From an uncultured Gammaproteobacteria bacterium (GTDB lineage: Bacteria > Patescibacteriota > Patescibacteriia > UBA1558 > GWA2-36-10): DNA of 64,000 bases. The position numbers and the translations under genes are program-made. Under the pieces are notes generated by a model. The model did no database searches and was not told where the DNA came from. It was given only the letters and a program-made list of their open reading frames with translations. This document shows positions 52,101 through 60,240 of the stretch, in pieces; within the stretch, counting starts at the first letter, position 1; every line of letters begins with the position of its first letter. The stretch is taken from contig CAYRIU010000007.1 in assembly GCA_964424615.1 (NCBI GenBank), positions 20,052 through 84,051 on the forward strand, written 5' to 3'.

Positions 52101-52651
52101 GTAGTACCATCAATGTAATACATGGTAGTACCCATCTTCACTACAGTACCAGTTGGATACATGGTGGATACATCAGCACCAGTGGTGTTGTAGGAAGCGA
52201 AGAAACCTGGAATCACGTCAACTAAACGTGAGGCCCAGTTGTCACCATATAAAGCTTTGGCGATGGTATCGGTTGGGATCCAGCGAGCCATACCGCCTGG
52301 TTCAATAGCATAAACCTTGGCAGTGTTCATATGAGTGACTAATTTGGTGCCAGGACGGACAGTCACAGCAGCACCATCTGCATACATATCTAGTTCGGCA
52401 ACAGCTACTCTGACAACTTTGTCAAAGTTTGGATACCAAGTAGCATATTCTTTCTGACTTGGAAAGACATGCTTCTTCATATCAGTACCGATCAAGTATA
52501 CAGCAGCGCCTGATTGACCCTTCAAGGCCAACAAGGAGCCGGCTGGGTAGCTACCAGCAGCGTTGGCCACTGGCACAAAAGAAGCGCCAACTGACCATAA
52601 CACAGTGGTAATCACCACGGAGTATACGAATAGTTTTTTTAATAAATTCAT
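49106..52651 (-). CDS. Large secreted Thr/Ser/Ala-rich beta-sandwich protein, S-layer-like
   Basis: Signal peptide ending ANA-A; three N-terminal repeats (G.L.....VY.I); repeated Ig-like strands; 1181 aa with no Cys. Confidence 0.7.
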   Translation of the reverse strand: MNLLKKLFVYSVVITTVLWSVGASFVPVANAAGSYPAGSLLALKGQSGAAVYLIGTDMKKHVFPSQKEYATWYPNFDKVVRVAVAELDMYADGAAVTVRPGTKLVTHMNTAKVYAIEPGGMARWIPTDTIAKALYGDNWASRLVDVIPGFFASYNTTGADVSTMYPTGTVVKMGTTMYYIDGTTKRAFASDAAYAANGYMASDAVTVTSLTGYSDGSSITGAESAIKDFMPNDTPVVTNPGSLTVSMSAMNPASATIISDDTNGSQSMVPFLAVNLTASNEGSVKVTQMKFERTGISSDADIAEAYLYEGNTKLVDGGSISTKVLTFNDSDANGIITIPAGATKTVWLKADLAVLSASGRTLGFNLTALTTSASSVAGALPVVGSLMTSALASDLGYATISNYGTPSGTVTVNADEKDFEVYKLTLAANDQDLALHGLRLTKIGSIATGDVNNFRLQVGGTTLATVADFDADGILYFDLSNSAYDILKGQSKTFSVKADIIKGSTRNFKFSVQYASDLVVRDKGYNVFVHGSSWTALTPAGQYDIQSGTLSLVRDNSSASGSVTAKGTNIKLATFKVTANGEDVKIKSFTVDPTTTVGSGLLNGKVYFDGVQVGSTKNIAEAGTLFTFGSSLIVPAGTSKMIDIYADIKTVASADITTGSVKVDITSSTDAQGQVSLSTVTLPAAQGNTLSVTTSALSTAKYNAYGDQYLTSPATGAKIASFTISAGSTEGVTVDNIYIIGATSGELQNLRLMLGTTELASKTTLPSSNSTTTLSMGSRLVLNAGQNKQVDVYADVKSGLASAVINLSMNADGTSAVTNTTVTSSYTTLQSMAVATGGVTATSAGAKPDATIIVAGLTGVLVNSVEFTATKEPFVINNLQVKNDTSGFTAPVSRVVVEYPTKTGTNTAYAYLNGSGIAQFYNLGMFVDKDSTAVLSIKADLSTFSGGSITGANNAVQLSLVAADGSDSNKFSAIGDLSGSTTYSGPSAVTGNVMIVRATKPTIALVALPTNLLDNGTQTISRFSITADAVADLSWRQMSWTYASTSATTITNGTIKLYKDGDSTALNTYYPNLNVANKTITVTTTNDQTITKGTTQTYVLKGDITGAASAQSFGTKINASGVSTAEAGTSTTLTLLSLYETGFIWSDRSASPHASDGTSADWADSVYVKVLPTDSQTLSKN

Positions 52652-52679
52652 TTTTCTTTGTTAATTATAATGTCCCAAA

Positions 52680-53000
52680 ACTGTTGAAAAAAGTCGTAAG
52701 CAATAGGCATCTCATATGATCAGTATGAGACTAAACTATGAATCAAAGGACTTGTCATAAGACATCGACCTTTCTAATCACAGTGACCATAGGCCCAAGG
52801 CGCAGTCACAATTTTCTCAAATTAAGGAACAGTTATTAAATGCTCTAGATGGCTTTTTATCGCCACAAGAGCTTCCCTAGATCGCGCGCGATTTAGCGAT
52901 AAGTTAGGGACAAATGAATCCATCAATATCTGATAGACCCCTTTGCCCATAACCTATCTTCGACGGACTAAGTCGAGATCGGCTAGACCCAGGATCAATA
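52680..53000 (-). ncRNA. Candidate structured 5' leader/ncRNA upstream of the S-layer-like gene
   Basis: 372-nt intergenic region, GC-richer than other spacers, with several stems; the main stem 52898-52958 pairs using five G.U wobbles on the minus strand. Confidence 0.55.
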
Positions 53001-53023
53001 CGCTAACTATGTAAAATTACTTA

Positions 53024-54397
53024 TTAGTAAAATTCTTTAGGGGCCACTTCTTCAGGAATACCTTCGTCTTCTTTGATACCTTGTTCAGATATCGCTTCTG
53101 GAGTAGTTGTTTCATCACTAGATTTTATGACTGTGCCAGGTATGGTTGGTTTGGTAGTAGTTGGTACAGGCAAAGTGATCGGCTTGGTGCTGGTACTAGT
53201 GGTAGTGGCATTCACACCATTGATATTGATAGCTTCTATTCTTTTGATCACTTCTTCAGCTTGCTGATAAGTCTCCTTGACCTCAGTGATCTTCTCCATA
53301 CTATCTTTGAGATTACCCTGAGCCAAAAGATCTTTAGCTTGATTGAGGTTGGCCTCCATGATTTCTGGGTGAGACTTCAAAGTATCAATACTTTCTATGG
53401 CCTTAGCATCAGATTCTACGGCTTTGGCAGTGGATGCCTTAGGTAAACTATTAATATCTTTTTTATCAACGCTTTCTACTTTAGTTTTGGCATCAGCTAC
53501 TTCTTTGGATAGGACATTCAATTCTGAGTTCACTATCTTGGTCACTACTTCAGTCACTGCTTTTAGCTCATCACTATTGACCGCGTTAGTGGCGATGACT
53601 GCGGTAGTCTGAGAAGCTGGACCATCAGCTATTGGAGCATCTTTTGTGATGTTAGTCACCACTTCTTCATGGACAGTGATAGCTAAATTGACAGCTGAAT
53701 CTTTGACTTCTTGGTTGACTTTCTTGGCATCGCCCAATGCTTTGGCAATCTCTGTACCTTTGACGGTGGAAACTTTTTGATCAAGATTACTAGCTGTTTC
53801 ATTAGCTACATTAGCTACTTTTTCTACCAAAGCCACTACCTGCACTGGTGTCTTTTCTTCTTTGACTATTTTCAGAGAGTTATCTACTGCTACTACATCC
53901 TTTTCTAGATGACTCACGGCTTGCTTGATGGCCTTCTCGGTTTTTACACTATTGACTTGACTGTCATTATTTTCACTATCTTTCAAAATTTGGTCTATCT
54001 CATCCAAACGTGTATTGATATGTTTGATATGAAGCTCAGTCTTCTTGACTGGACTCAAGGTCAAGGCTAGCTCGGCTTCCTCCAAATTGCGTTTGAGTGG
54101 CCACATAGCATCGCCAGGTACAGTGGACTGTGCGAGTGCTACTAGACTAAAGCCAGAACCAACTGATAATACCAATACGACAGCCACTACCTTGGTCAAA
54201 GATGGCAATAATGTTGAGAAAAAATTAGCAAAAAACAAAGTAAAGCCATCACTAAATGATCGCTTCTGAGATTTTATCAAGCGACTCTGCACTGTCACCT
54301 CAGACATTATAGAATACTTGGTGGCATGAGCCCATTGCTCATCAGGATTGATGCTTGATAATTTTTTTAATTGAGCTAATTGTTTACGAATGCTCAT
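53024..54397 (-). CDS. Putative membrane-anchored anti-sigma factor (DUF5667-like domain)
   Basis: TM followed by VPGDAMWPLKR..E..L.L...R..E; directly downstream of the ECF sigma. Confidence 0.7.
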   Translation of the reverse strand: MSIRKQLAQLKKLSSINPDEQWAHATKYSIMSEVTVQSRLIKSQKRSFSDGFTLFFANFFSTLLPSLTKVVAVVLVLSVGSGFSLVALAQSTVPGDAMWPLKRNLEEAELALTLSPVKKTELHIKHINTRLDEIDQILKDSENNDSQVNSVKTEKAIKQAVSHLEKDVVAVDNSLKIVKEEKTPVQVVALVEKVANVANETASNLDQKVSTVKGTEIAKALGDAKKVNQEVKDSAVNLAITVHEEVVTNITKDAPIADGPASQTTAVIATNAVNSDELKAVTEVVTKIVNSELNVLSKEVADAKTKVESVDKKDINSLPKASTAKAVESDAKAIESIDTLKSHPEIMEANLNQAKDLLAQGNLKDSMEKITEVKETYQQAEEVIKRIEAININGVNATTTSTSTKPITLPVPTTTKPTIPGTVIKSSDETTTPEAISEQGIKEDEGIPEEVAPKEFY

Positions 54398-54436
54398 AAT
54401 GTTTATACCAACTTACTTAATATATTAAGTAAATAA

Positions 54437-54991
54437 TTATTTATTGTTATTCAAAGATTTTAATTTATTGAGTGCCCTATGTATCAACACTCTGATATTA
54501 TTTTTATCCTTTTGCATGATCTGAGCTATGTCATCTATAGATAGATCTTCGACATAGCGTAAGATCAAAACTTCTTGATACTCTGGCTTCATCTTTTGTA
54601 ATAAGTCCAGCAGGGATTGTAAATCAATAGACTTATCAATACTGTCAGTCTTTTGATCAGTATATGGATCCTCTGTCTCATCAGCGTACTCGAGTGGCAA
54701 CTCTTGGCGTCTAGACAAGCGATAAAAATCAATAACGGCATTGCGGGCTACTCGAAAGATAAAAGCACCAAAATTTTGAATGTCTTTTTTATCTACCAGA
54801 TGTTGCCAAGTCTTCAAAAATATATCTTGCGTAATATCTTGAGCCACAGCTTTATCGCTGACCCTAATATAGACAAATCGATAAACCCTGGTCATATATT
54901 GGTCATAAAAAAAAGCAAAAGCTTCAGAATCGCCATTTTTCAGCTTTAGCAACTGTATTTTCTCTTGTAAACTATCCTTCAAACTGTACAT
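54437..54991 (-). CDS. ECF RNA polymerase sigma factor
   Basis: AQDITQDIFLKTW, FRVARNAVIDFYR, EVLILRYVEDLS..IA, HRA. Confidence 0.95.
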   Translation of the reverse strand: MYSLKDSLQEKIQLLKLKNGDSEAFAFFYDQYMTRVYRFVYIRVSDKAVAQDITQDIFLKTWQHLVDKKDIQNFGAFIFRVARNAVIDFYRLSRRQELPLEYADETEDPYTDQKTDSIDKSIDLQSLLDLLQKMKPEYQEVLILRYVEDLSIDDIAQIMQKDKNNIRVLIHRALNKLKSLNNNK

Positions 54992-54996
54992 AAATA

Positions 54997-55024
54997 TAGA
55001 CGGGCTTAATCTAGAAATATTACA
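54997..55024 (-). promoter_or_regulatory. ECF-type autoregulatory promoter
   Basis: Minus-strand TGTAAT-N16-CGTCTA, then 5 nt to the ATG; matches the tGtAAc-N16-CGwc pattern of SigX/SigW-type ECFs. Confidence 0.75.
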
Positions 55025-55168
55025 CCCTAATTAGGCCAATTAGGCCATATTTTACACTATAATGCCCACAAATGTAAATCGTGGTAATATATAGACCACA
55101 TTATACCAGAATTTGCTATGTTTGTAAAGTATCACAAATGGCTTAAAAATTAAGATATATCAGTAAAA

Positions 55169-55291
55169 ACGGCGCGGTGGACTATGAAAATGTCATTGCG
55201 AGGAGTGTAAACGACGAAGCAATCTATAAGCTGGTAGATTGCCACGTCCCGCCGCGCGGGACTCGCAATGACATTAAGACCACCGCGCCGT
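55169..55291. repeat. Nested palindromic element (GTCATTGCGAG...CTCGCAATGAC inside a 12-bp outer inverted repeat)
   Basis: Outer ACGGCGCGGTGG/CCACCGCGCCGT; inner TGTCATTGCGAG (55191) ... CTCGCAATGACA (55273). Confidence 0.85.
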
Positions 55292-55314
55292 ACTGTTAAT
55301 AACCGTCTCTTAAA

Positions 55315-55343
55315 TTGACTATTAATTGATTAAGGTATAGAAT
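55315..55343 (+). promoter_or_regulatory. Sigma70 promoter of the HTH gene
   Basis: TTGACT-N17-TAGAAT. Confidence 0.65.
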
Positions 55344-55374
55344 AGTGTATACATAAATACTTATTTTAGATCAT

Positions 55375-55665
55375 ATGGAGAATATAATTAGACTATCAGT
55401 ATCAGAGGCTGCCAAACTAATTGGGGTATCATCCAAAACAATCAGGCAGGCTATCAAAGCTGAAGAGCTAACCTACATAGTAGTCAAAGGACGTTATAAA
55501 ATAAGTTTTGCCTCTCTAGTGGAGTGGTCGCAAAAATCAACCAGAAGATACCACCAATTACAAAAACAAGGTGTCGGGCAATTTGTAGACCAATGGAAAA
55601 TACGCAACAAAAAATATAGCCCAAATCCTGAATTGATCAATAAAAAAATACCCCCTCTGTCCTAG
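55375..55665 (+). CDS. Excisionase-like (HTH_17/MerR-type) DNA-binding protein
   Basis: LSVSEAAKLIGVSSKTIRQAIK..EL. Confidence 0.85.
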   Translation: MENIIRLSVSEAAKLIGVSSKTIRQAIKAEELTYIVVKGRYKISFASLVEWSQKSTRRYHQLQKQGVGQFVDQWKIRNKKYSPNPELINKKIPPLS

Positions 55666-55706
55666 CGGACATCTCCCCCTAATTTAGGGGGAGAATGAGG
55701 GGGTAT
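55648..55706. repeat. REP/RIME-like multi-hairpin element, copy 2 (inverted)
   Basis: ATACCCCCTCTGTCCTAGCGGACATCTCCCCCTAATTTAGGGGGAGAATGAGGGGGTAT; supplies the last codons and the stop of the HTH gene. Confidence 0.88.
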
Positions 55707-55708
55707 TA

Positions 55709-56794
55709 TTATTTCATCTCCAAGTCCATCTCTTTACCATCACGAACTATCTTGAGAATAATCTTATCACCTAACCTTTAGTTTTGCAGAATAGACGTAA
55801 TAGTTCTATCTTTGGTGACAGAATCATTATTGATAGATAAGATGCGATCTTTAGCTTTGAGACCAGCTCTAGAGCTAGGAGTATTTGGTAAGACTGCTTT
55901 ATTGAGAGTAGCACTATAAACATAATCACCCTTGATCTCGATACCACTGTTGTTTTCTAAGTCAATATAGCTAATACCCCACACTGGTCTTTCGGTGTTG
56001 TCCAATAAGTGTTTGACTGCCTGTTTTAAGTAATCAGCTGGCAAAAGCACAACCTCCTTATTTGGCAACCTATAACCCAAACCAATCAAATCACCCTTGA
56101 GGTTAAAATATGGAGCTGCTGAAACCATATTATCCGTGCTCATGTCAGTCAACTTATAATAATAATCTATACTATCAGTAGACAAATATATACCAGTAGT
56201 AAAGTGAATATTGCCCAACAAAGCTGTGCTAAAAGTATGATTCAAACTATTAGCCAACTCTTTATCAGTAAAAATCCTCTCCCCGGCTTTGACTCCTTCG
56301 GTCAATTGAAAATTGACAGCCAAAAGATTAGAGGCCTTGATTTTTATAAACACCGCGCCAGAAAAAGCATCTTTTTTGATTTCTTCTATGCCAAATACCT
56401 GATCATTAAGCACTACCTTGCTTTGAGTGTTCAATAAAACCTGGTCAGTGGACATCAACCATCCGTCTGAGGTCACTACCACAGCTGAACCAAGATAATC
56501 AGCTCGATCAAATATTGGATTGTCCAAATCAGAAATTGTTTTACTGTTTTTGTATAAGCCAGCAATACTAGCTTCGTATTTGTTTGCTACTGATGTCAGA
56601 GGTTGCTCTAAATTGATCTTGATATCTGGCTGATTGGATAAGAATGATATATTGGAAGGCACGAACCATTTGCCTAGCAAATAGCCACCGAAGCCAGCCA
56701 CCAGACCAAAAATAACCGCCAAAATAGTCAAGCTAAATAATGACTGCGGTCTCTCAGTAGTTGGTCTCACAAAATGTTCTTTTTTTTCTTCCAT
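55709..56794 (-). pseudogene. HtrA/DegP-like trypsin-PDZ protein, degenerate, with an in-frame TAA at 55780-55778
   Basis: GSAVVVTSDG, P.FNLKGDLIG, PSSRAGLK..DRI; frame continues after the TAA as RLGDKIILKIVRDGKEMDLEMK*. Confidence 0.7.
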
Positions 56795-56820
56795 CCCTTT
56801 GAAATTATGTTAATTAATCT

Positions 56821-57549
56821 TTATAAGATAATATATAATGAACTGACTAATAAAAATGTTGTGACTAACAAAATGATAAAAATCGGCCACTTTGCCTTCT
56901 TTTTATCATCAAGTGCTAAAGTCACAAAATAGTAAAACCACAAGGTCACTATAGTACTAGAAACATAAAAACTAACAGGCAAAAAATATACCAACATAAA
57001 AGCCTGAGCAAAGAATATAGCAATTAAGAGCCAAAATGTCCAATGCCACGATTTACTGGCCATCAGATCACGAGTCATAGACATAATAGCCAAAACAACT
57101 AAAATAGCAACATAATAAAAATCTAAATTCAAAAAAATAGTCAAAGAATAAACACTAGACAGTAAAAACCATAAATTGAGTATATACCAATATTTTTTGA
57201 AAGACATGTAGCCCAACTGGTTGGGAGCTAGATAATTTTTGAAATATTTCTTTAGCATCCACCAAGTAAAAGCCCATAAAAAACAAATAACTATGGCTGA
57301 TAAATAACGAGCTAGATTATTTTTTAGCATCAACAAAAAACCCAATTGAGCTAAATAAATAAGTAAAAAATTTGACCACTGCAATTTGTGCTTCCAAAAA
57401 GAATAGCCACTAGTAAAAATAGCCGTCAGTAAAATACTCAGCAATGACAAAATGACCCAAACTAGTAAACCTTTTTGACTATAGAAAAAAACACACCAAG
57501 AAATCAATAAAAAAAGCGGATTCAAAATAAAAACAGTTGATTTAAACAT
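56821..57549 (-). CDS. Hypothetical polytopic membrane protein
   Basis: 242 aa, about 8-9 hydrophobic segments; operonic overlap. Confidence 0.75.
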   Translation of the reverse strand: MFKSTVFILNPLFLLISWCVFFYSQKGLLVWVILSLLSILLTAIFTSGYSFWKHKLQWSNFLLIYLAQLGFLLMLKNNLARYLSAIVICFLWAFTWWMLKKYFKNYLAPNQLGYMSFKKYWYILNLWFLLSSVYSLTIFLNLDFYYVAILVVLAIMSMTRDLMASKSWHWTFWLLIAIFFAQAFMLVYFLPVSFYVSSTIVTLWFYYFVTLALDDKKKAKWPIFIILLVTTFLLVSSLYIIL

Positions 57550-57961
57550 GATGACTTAATATATTAATAATATCATCTATTTCATCTTTGAGCTCTGGTA
57601 TAGAAATTTTGAGCTCCTCCAAGATACCAATAGCCTTGGTCAAACTAGATAAGTCTCTATTTTCAGTGTACTTTGTCCATAGTGAAAAAGCCATATAAAG
57701 AGGCAAGTGATACTCACCAATAGAACGATCGCTACTCTTGATATTTAATAAAAATTCTTTGGTCTGCTGAATATTTTGTGAGCTAGGATCAGCAATCACT
57801 GCCGTCAATTTTGGACGAACTACTTTCAAATACTGCGCTTTACTACCAATAATGGGTTCTGTAGCAAAAAATTTAAAAAAAATAAAAATTATCAATAACA
57901 AAAGCACTGGAAATCCAAATAGCCAAATATTCTTTTGTCCAATTTTTTTAATTGAAAGCAT
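57542..57961 (-). CDS. Hypothetical membrane-anchored protein
   Basis: N-terminal TM; overlaps both neighbours. Confidence 0.65.
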   Translation of the reverse strand: MLSIKKIGQKNIWLFGFPVLLLLIIFIFFKFFATEPIIGSKAQYLKVVRPKLTAVIADPSSQNIQQTKEFLLNIKSSDRSIGEYHLPLYMAFSLWTKYTENRDLSSLTKAIGILEELKISIPELKDEIDDIINILSHHV

Positions 57962-58271
57962 TTTGGTTTTCTATTTTTTCCCACTGAGCATTATCATCTG
58001 ACCAAAGAAAAGCATCCAAATGATAAGTGAAATTCTCAGGATCATAAATATACTCTACACTAACACCAGAACCAATGCGATTCGAGTAGGTAGTTTTTTT
58101 ATCCAAAACTTTGGGATTTTTGGCAAAACATAGTTTAATACGGCCCATGGGGCTGGTAAACTCTAAAACCTCTTGACTGCCATCATGATCAAGCTCTTCA
58201 GAATACTCATCTTCTAAATCAAACTTTTGCTTGATCTCTTGTTTTAATTCTAACCACCTCTCAGGTAGCAT
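57948..58271 (-). CDS. Hypothetical protein
   Basis: 107 aa, acidic, tightly operonic. Confidence 0.75.
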   Translation of the reverse strand: MLPERWLELKQEIKQKFDLEDEYSEELDHDGSQEVLEFTSPMGRIKLCFAKNPKVLDKKTTYSNRIGSGVSVEYIYDPENFTYHLDAFLWSDDNAQWEKIENQNAFN

Positions 58272-58274
58272 ATA

Positions 58275-58808
58275 TTAAAAATTAATGTTTTTGTAATCTA
58301 ACTGATCACCAATTTTTATACCATAAAGGTCTACCAGACCACTATTGATCTCCAAAACCCTATTAGCTGGCTCTGGTGAGCGATAAATGAGCAAATCCTT
58401 GTCTTCAGTACCTGGTGCTGGAGCCAACATATTGCGCTCAATACCAACTACTTTATCATCATTTATCCATAATAAGTCAATATTAAACTTCATGTCAATC
58501 ATCCAAAAAGATAAGATGCTTTTGGCTGGAAATACAAAAAGCATAGATTGATTCTGATCTAGACTATCACGACCAGACAAGCCTTTTTTTTGAACAGCAG
58601 CATCAATAGCTAATTCCGTCAAAAAATCATGTCCACTGACAGATACTTGTGGCCGATTGTCATCGGTGACTGAGTTATTATCTAAATTTTCAGTAACATC
58701 TTCTTTAGTAAAGTCTTTTACCAAATCTACATTGGATATTTTCAAGAAAAAAGCTGCTAGCAAACAAATAAAAATAATGAAAATAACCAACCATTTATAA
58801 TTTTTCAT
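58275..58808 (-). CDS. DUF192 domain protein
   Basis: KGLSGR..L....MLFVF, FWMIDMKFNIDLLWI, VLEINSG. Confidence 0.9.
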   Translation of the reverse strand: MKNYKWLVIFIIFICLLAAFFLKISNVDLVKDFTKEDVTENLDNNSVTDDNRPQVSVSGHDFLTELAIDAAVQKKGLSGRDSLDQNQSMLFVFPAKSILSFWMIDMKFNIDLLWINDDKVVGIERNMLAPAPGTEDKDLLIYRSPEPANRVLEINSGLVDLYGIKIGDQLDYKNINF

Positions 58809-59856
58809 ATTTTTTATTTAAATAATTATTGATTTGTGAATTCAAAATAAGTACAAAGGCAACAAATATAAACAACACTATGATCTTGATGCTGGTATTA
58901 AAAAATATAGCTATAGAACCAAAACATAAACTTAAAAATGATATAAATAGTACGATTTGCGACTGACTCAAGCCAATTTGTCTAAGTTTAAAGTGTAAAT
59001 GTTCATTATCACCTTGCCAAATAGACCTGTGTTTACGAAAACGACGCCACATTACCAAAAATACATCAATAATAGGTGCGCCCATGACTAATAAGGCTGT
59101 GGCTATCTTACTACCAGAAATAATGGCCAACACTCCTAAAATAAAACCTATAAAAGTACTACCTCCTTCTCCCAAAAAAACTTTGGCTGGATGCCAATTC
59201 CAGATTAAAAAACCAAGAATAGCACCAGCTAAAGCCAAGCTGATAAAAGAAGTTGGCGAATATTTGATATCCCAAGTCAGACTAACAATGAATATCATGA
59301 CACTAGCCACCAGACAAATACTAGAAGCTAATCCATCTATACCATCTAACAATTTGGTGGTGTAGGTCATGCCTAGTAGCCACAAAAAGGTCAAAATCAA
59401 ACTAAAATAACCAAACCAAATATGTTCAATTTTCAAGATACCGCCAGCAGGATTAGTGACATAAGTAATATGTAAACCAGACACCATGACTACTACAATA
59501 GCCAACACTGGTCCAAATAATGACTGCCAAGGCTTCAAAGAAAATTTGTCGTCTAGCCAACCACTAATCATCAGGATCAAGCCAGAAAATAATAAAGCCC
59601 ACATAATCTGCGATGGAATCTTGCTATCCACCAGCCACCCTTGTCGAGCCAAAATACCTACGATAATAAACAAGGATATAAAAATAGCCAAACCACCACC
59701 TAAGGGTATTGGCTGACGATGAATCTTGCGTGGATTGTCTGCTGGATCATCCACAAAGTTAAATTTTTTAGCTAAAATAATATAAAAAAATGTCAAAAGC
59801 ACTGACAAAATAAAACTAGCAACAAATATAAAAAAATAATTATAGCTTAGGCTCAT
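58795..59856 (-). CDS. WecA/TagO-like undecaprenyl-phosphate GlcNAc-1-phosphate transferase (MraY family)
   Basis: RKIH..PIPLGGG, LDD, DGIDGLA, WNWHPAKVFLG, D.EHLH. Confidence 0.92.
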   Translation of the reverse strand: MSLSYNYFFIFVASFILSVLLTFFYIILAKKFNFVDDPADNPRKIHRQPIPLGGGLAIFISLFIIVGILARQGWLVDSKIPSQIMWALLFSGLILMISGWLDDKFSLKPWQSLFGPVLAIVVVMVSGLHITYVTNPAGGILKIEHIWFGYFSLILTFLWLLGMTYTTKLLDGIDGLASSICLVASVMIFIVSLTWDIKYSPTSFISLALAGAILGFLIWNWHPAKVFLGEGGSTFIGFILGVLAIISGSKIATALLVMGAPIIDVFLVMWRRFRKHRSIWQGDNEHLHFKLRQIGLSQSQIVLFISFLSLCFGSIAIFFNTSIKIIVLFIFVAFVLILNSQINNYLNKKYEKL

Positions 59857-60238
59857 TTTTGGCTAAAAATGTTTCTAAAATTGCTGTGGCCGCATATTTG
59901 TCTATATCTTTGGTAACACCTTGTTTGGTGTATAATTGTGAAGTAAAACTTTCATCGACTATATGAATTGGCACACTAATATGCTGACGACAATATTCAA
60001 TAAAATTTTTGGTAATATCTCCTCGCTCATTCTGACGACCAGACAAACTAGTAGGTAGACCAATCACCAAACCATCAATATTTTCTTGTTTGATAATGCT
60101 TTCCAATTCTGTAATAACACTTTCTTGGCTAATATTAGCTATAATTTTATAAGGTACAGCAATACTACCCAGAGTCCCCAAGCTCAGGCCAATATTTTTA
60201 TCACCATAATCCATGCCTAAAAATTTTTGCTGTGACAT
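59840..60238 (-). CDS. ruvX: YqgF/RuvX pre-16S rRNA nuclease / Holliday-junction resolvase-like
   Basis: LGMDYGDKNIGLS, VIGLP, VDESFTS, DKYAATAILE. Confidence 0.93.
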   Translation of the reverse strand: MSQQKFLGMDYGDKNIGLSLGTLGSIAVPYKIIANISQESVITELESIIKQENIDGLVIGLPTSLSGRQNERGDITKNFIEYCRQHISVPIHIVDESFTSQLYTKQGVTKDIDKYAATAILETFLAKNEPKL

Positions 60239-60240
60239 AT

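Noticed and set aside
52930-52960. GGGCAAA on the minus strand resembling a c-di-GMP-I riboswitch P1/P2
   Set aside because: The GNRA/receptor and GCAAAGC second-stem features are absent; the segment pairs within a simple long hairpin.
52995-53025. Possible ECF promoter (AGTAAT...CGTAT) upstream of the S-layer leader
   Set aside because: Spacer is 13 nt rather than 16, so direct ECF control is unsupported.
55375-55665. Excisionase-like gene as a prophage or ICE marker
   Set aside because: No integrase, att/tRNA site or phage genes nearby.
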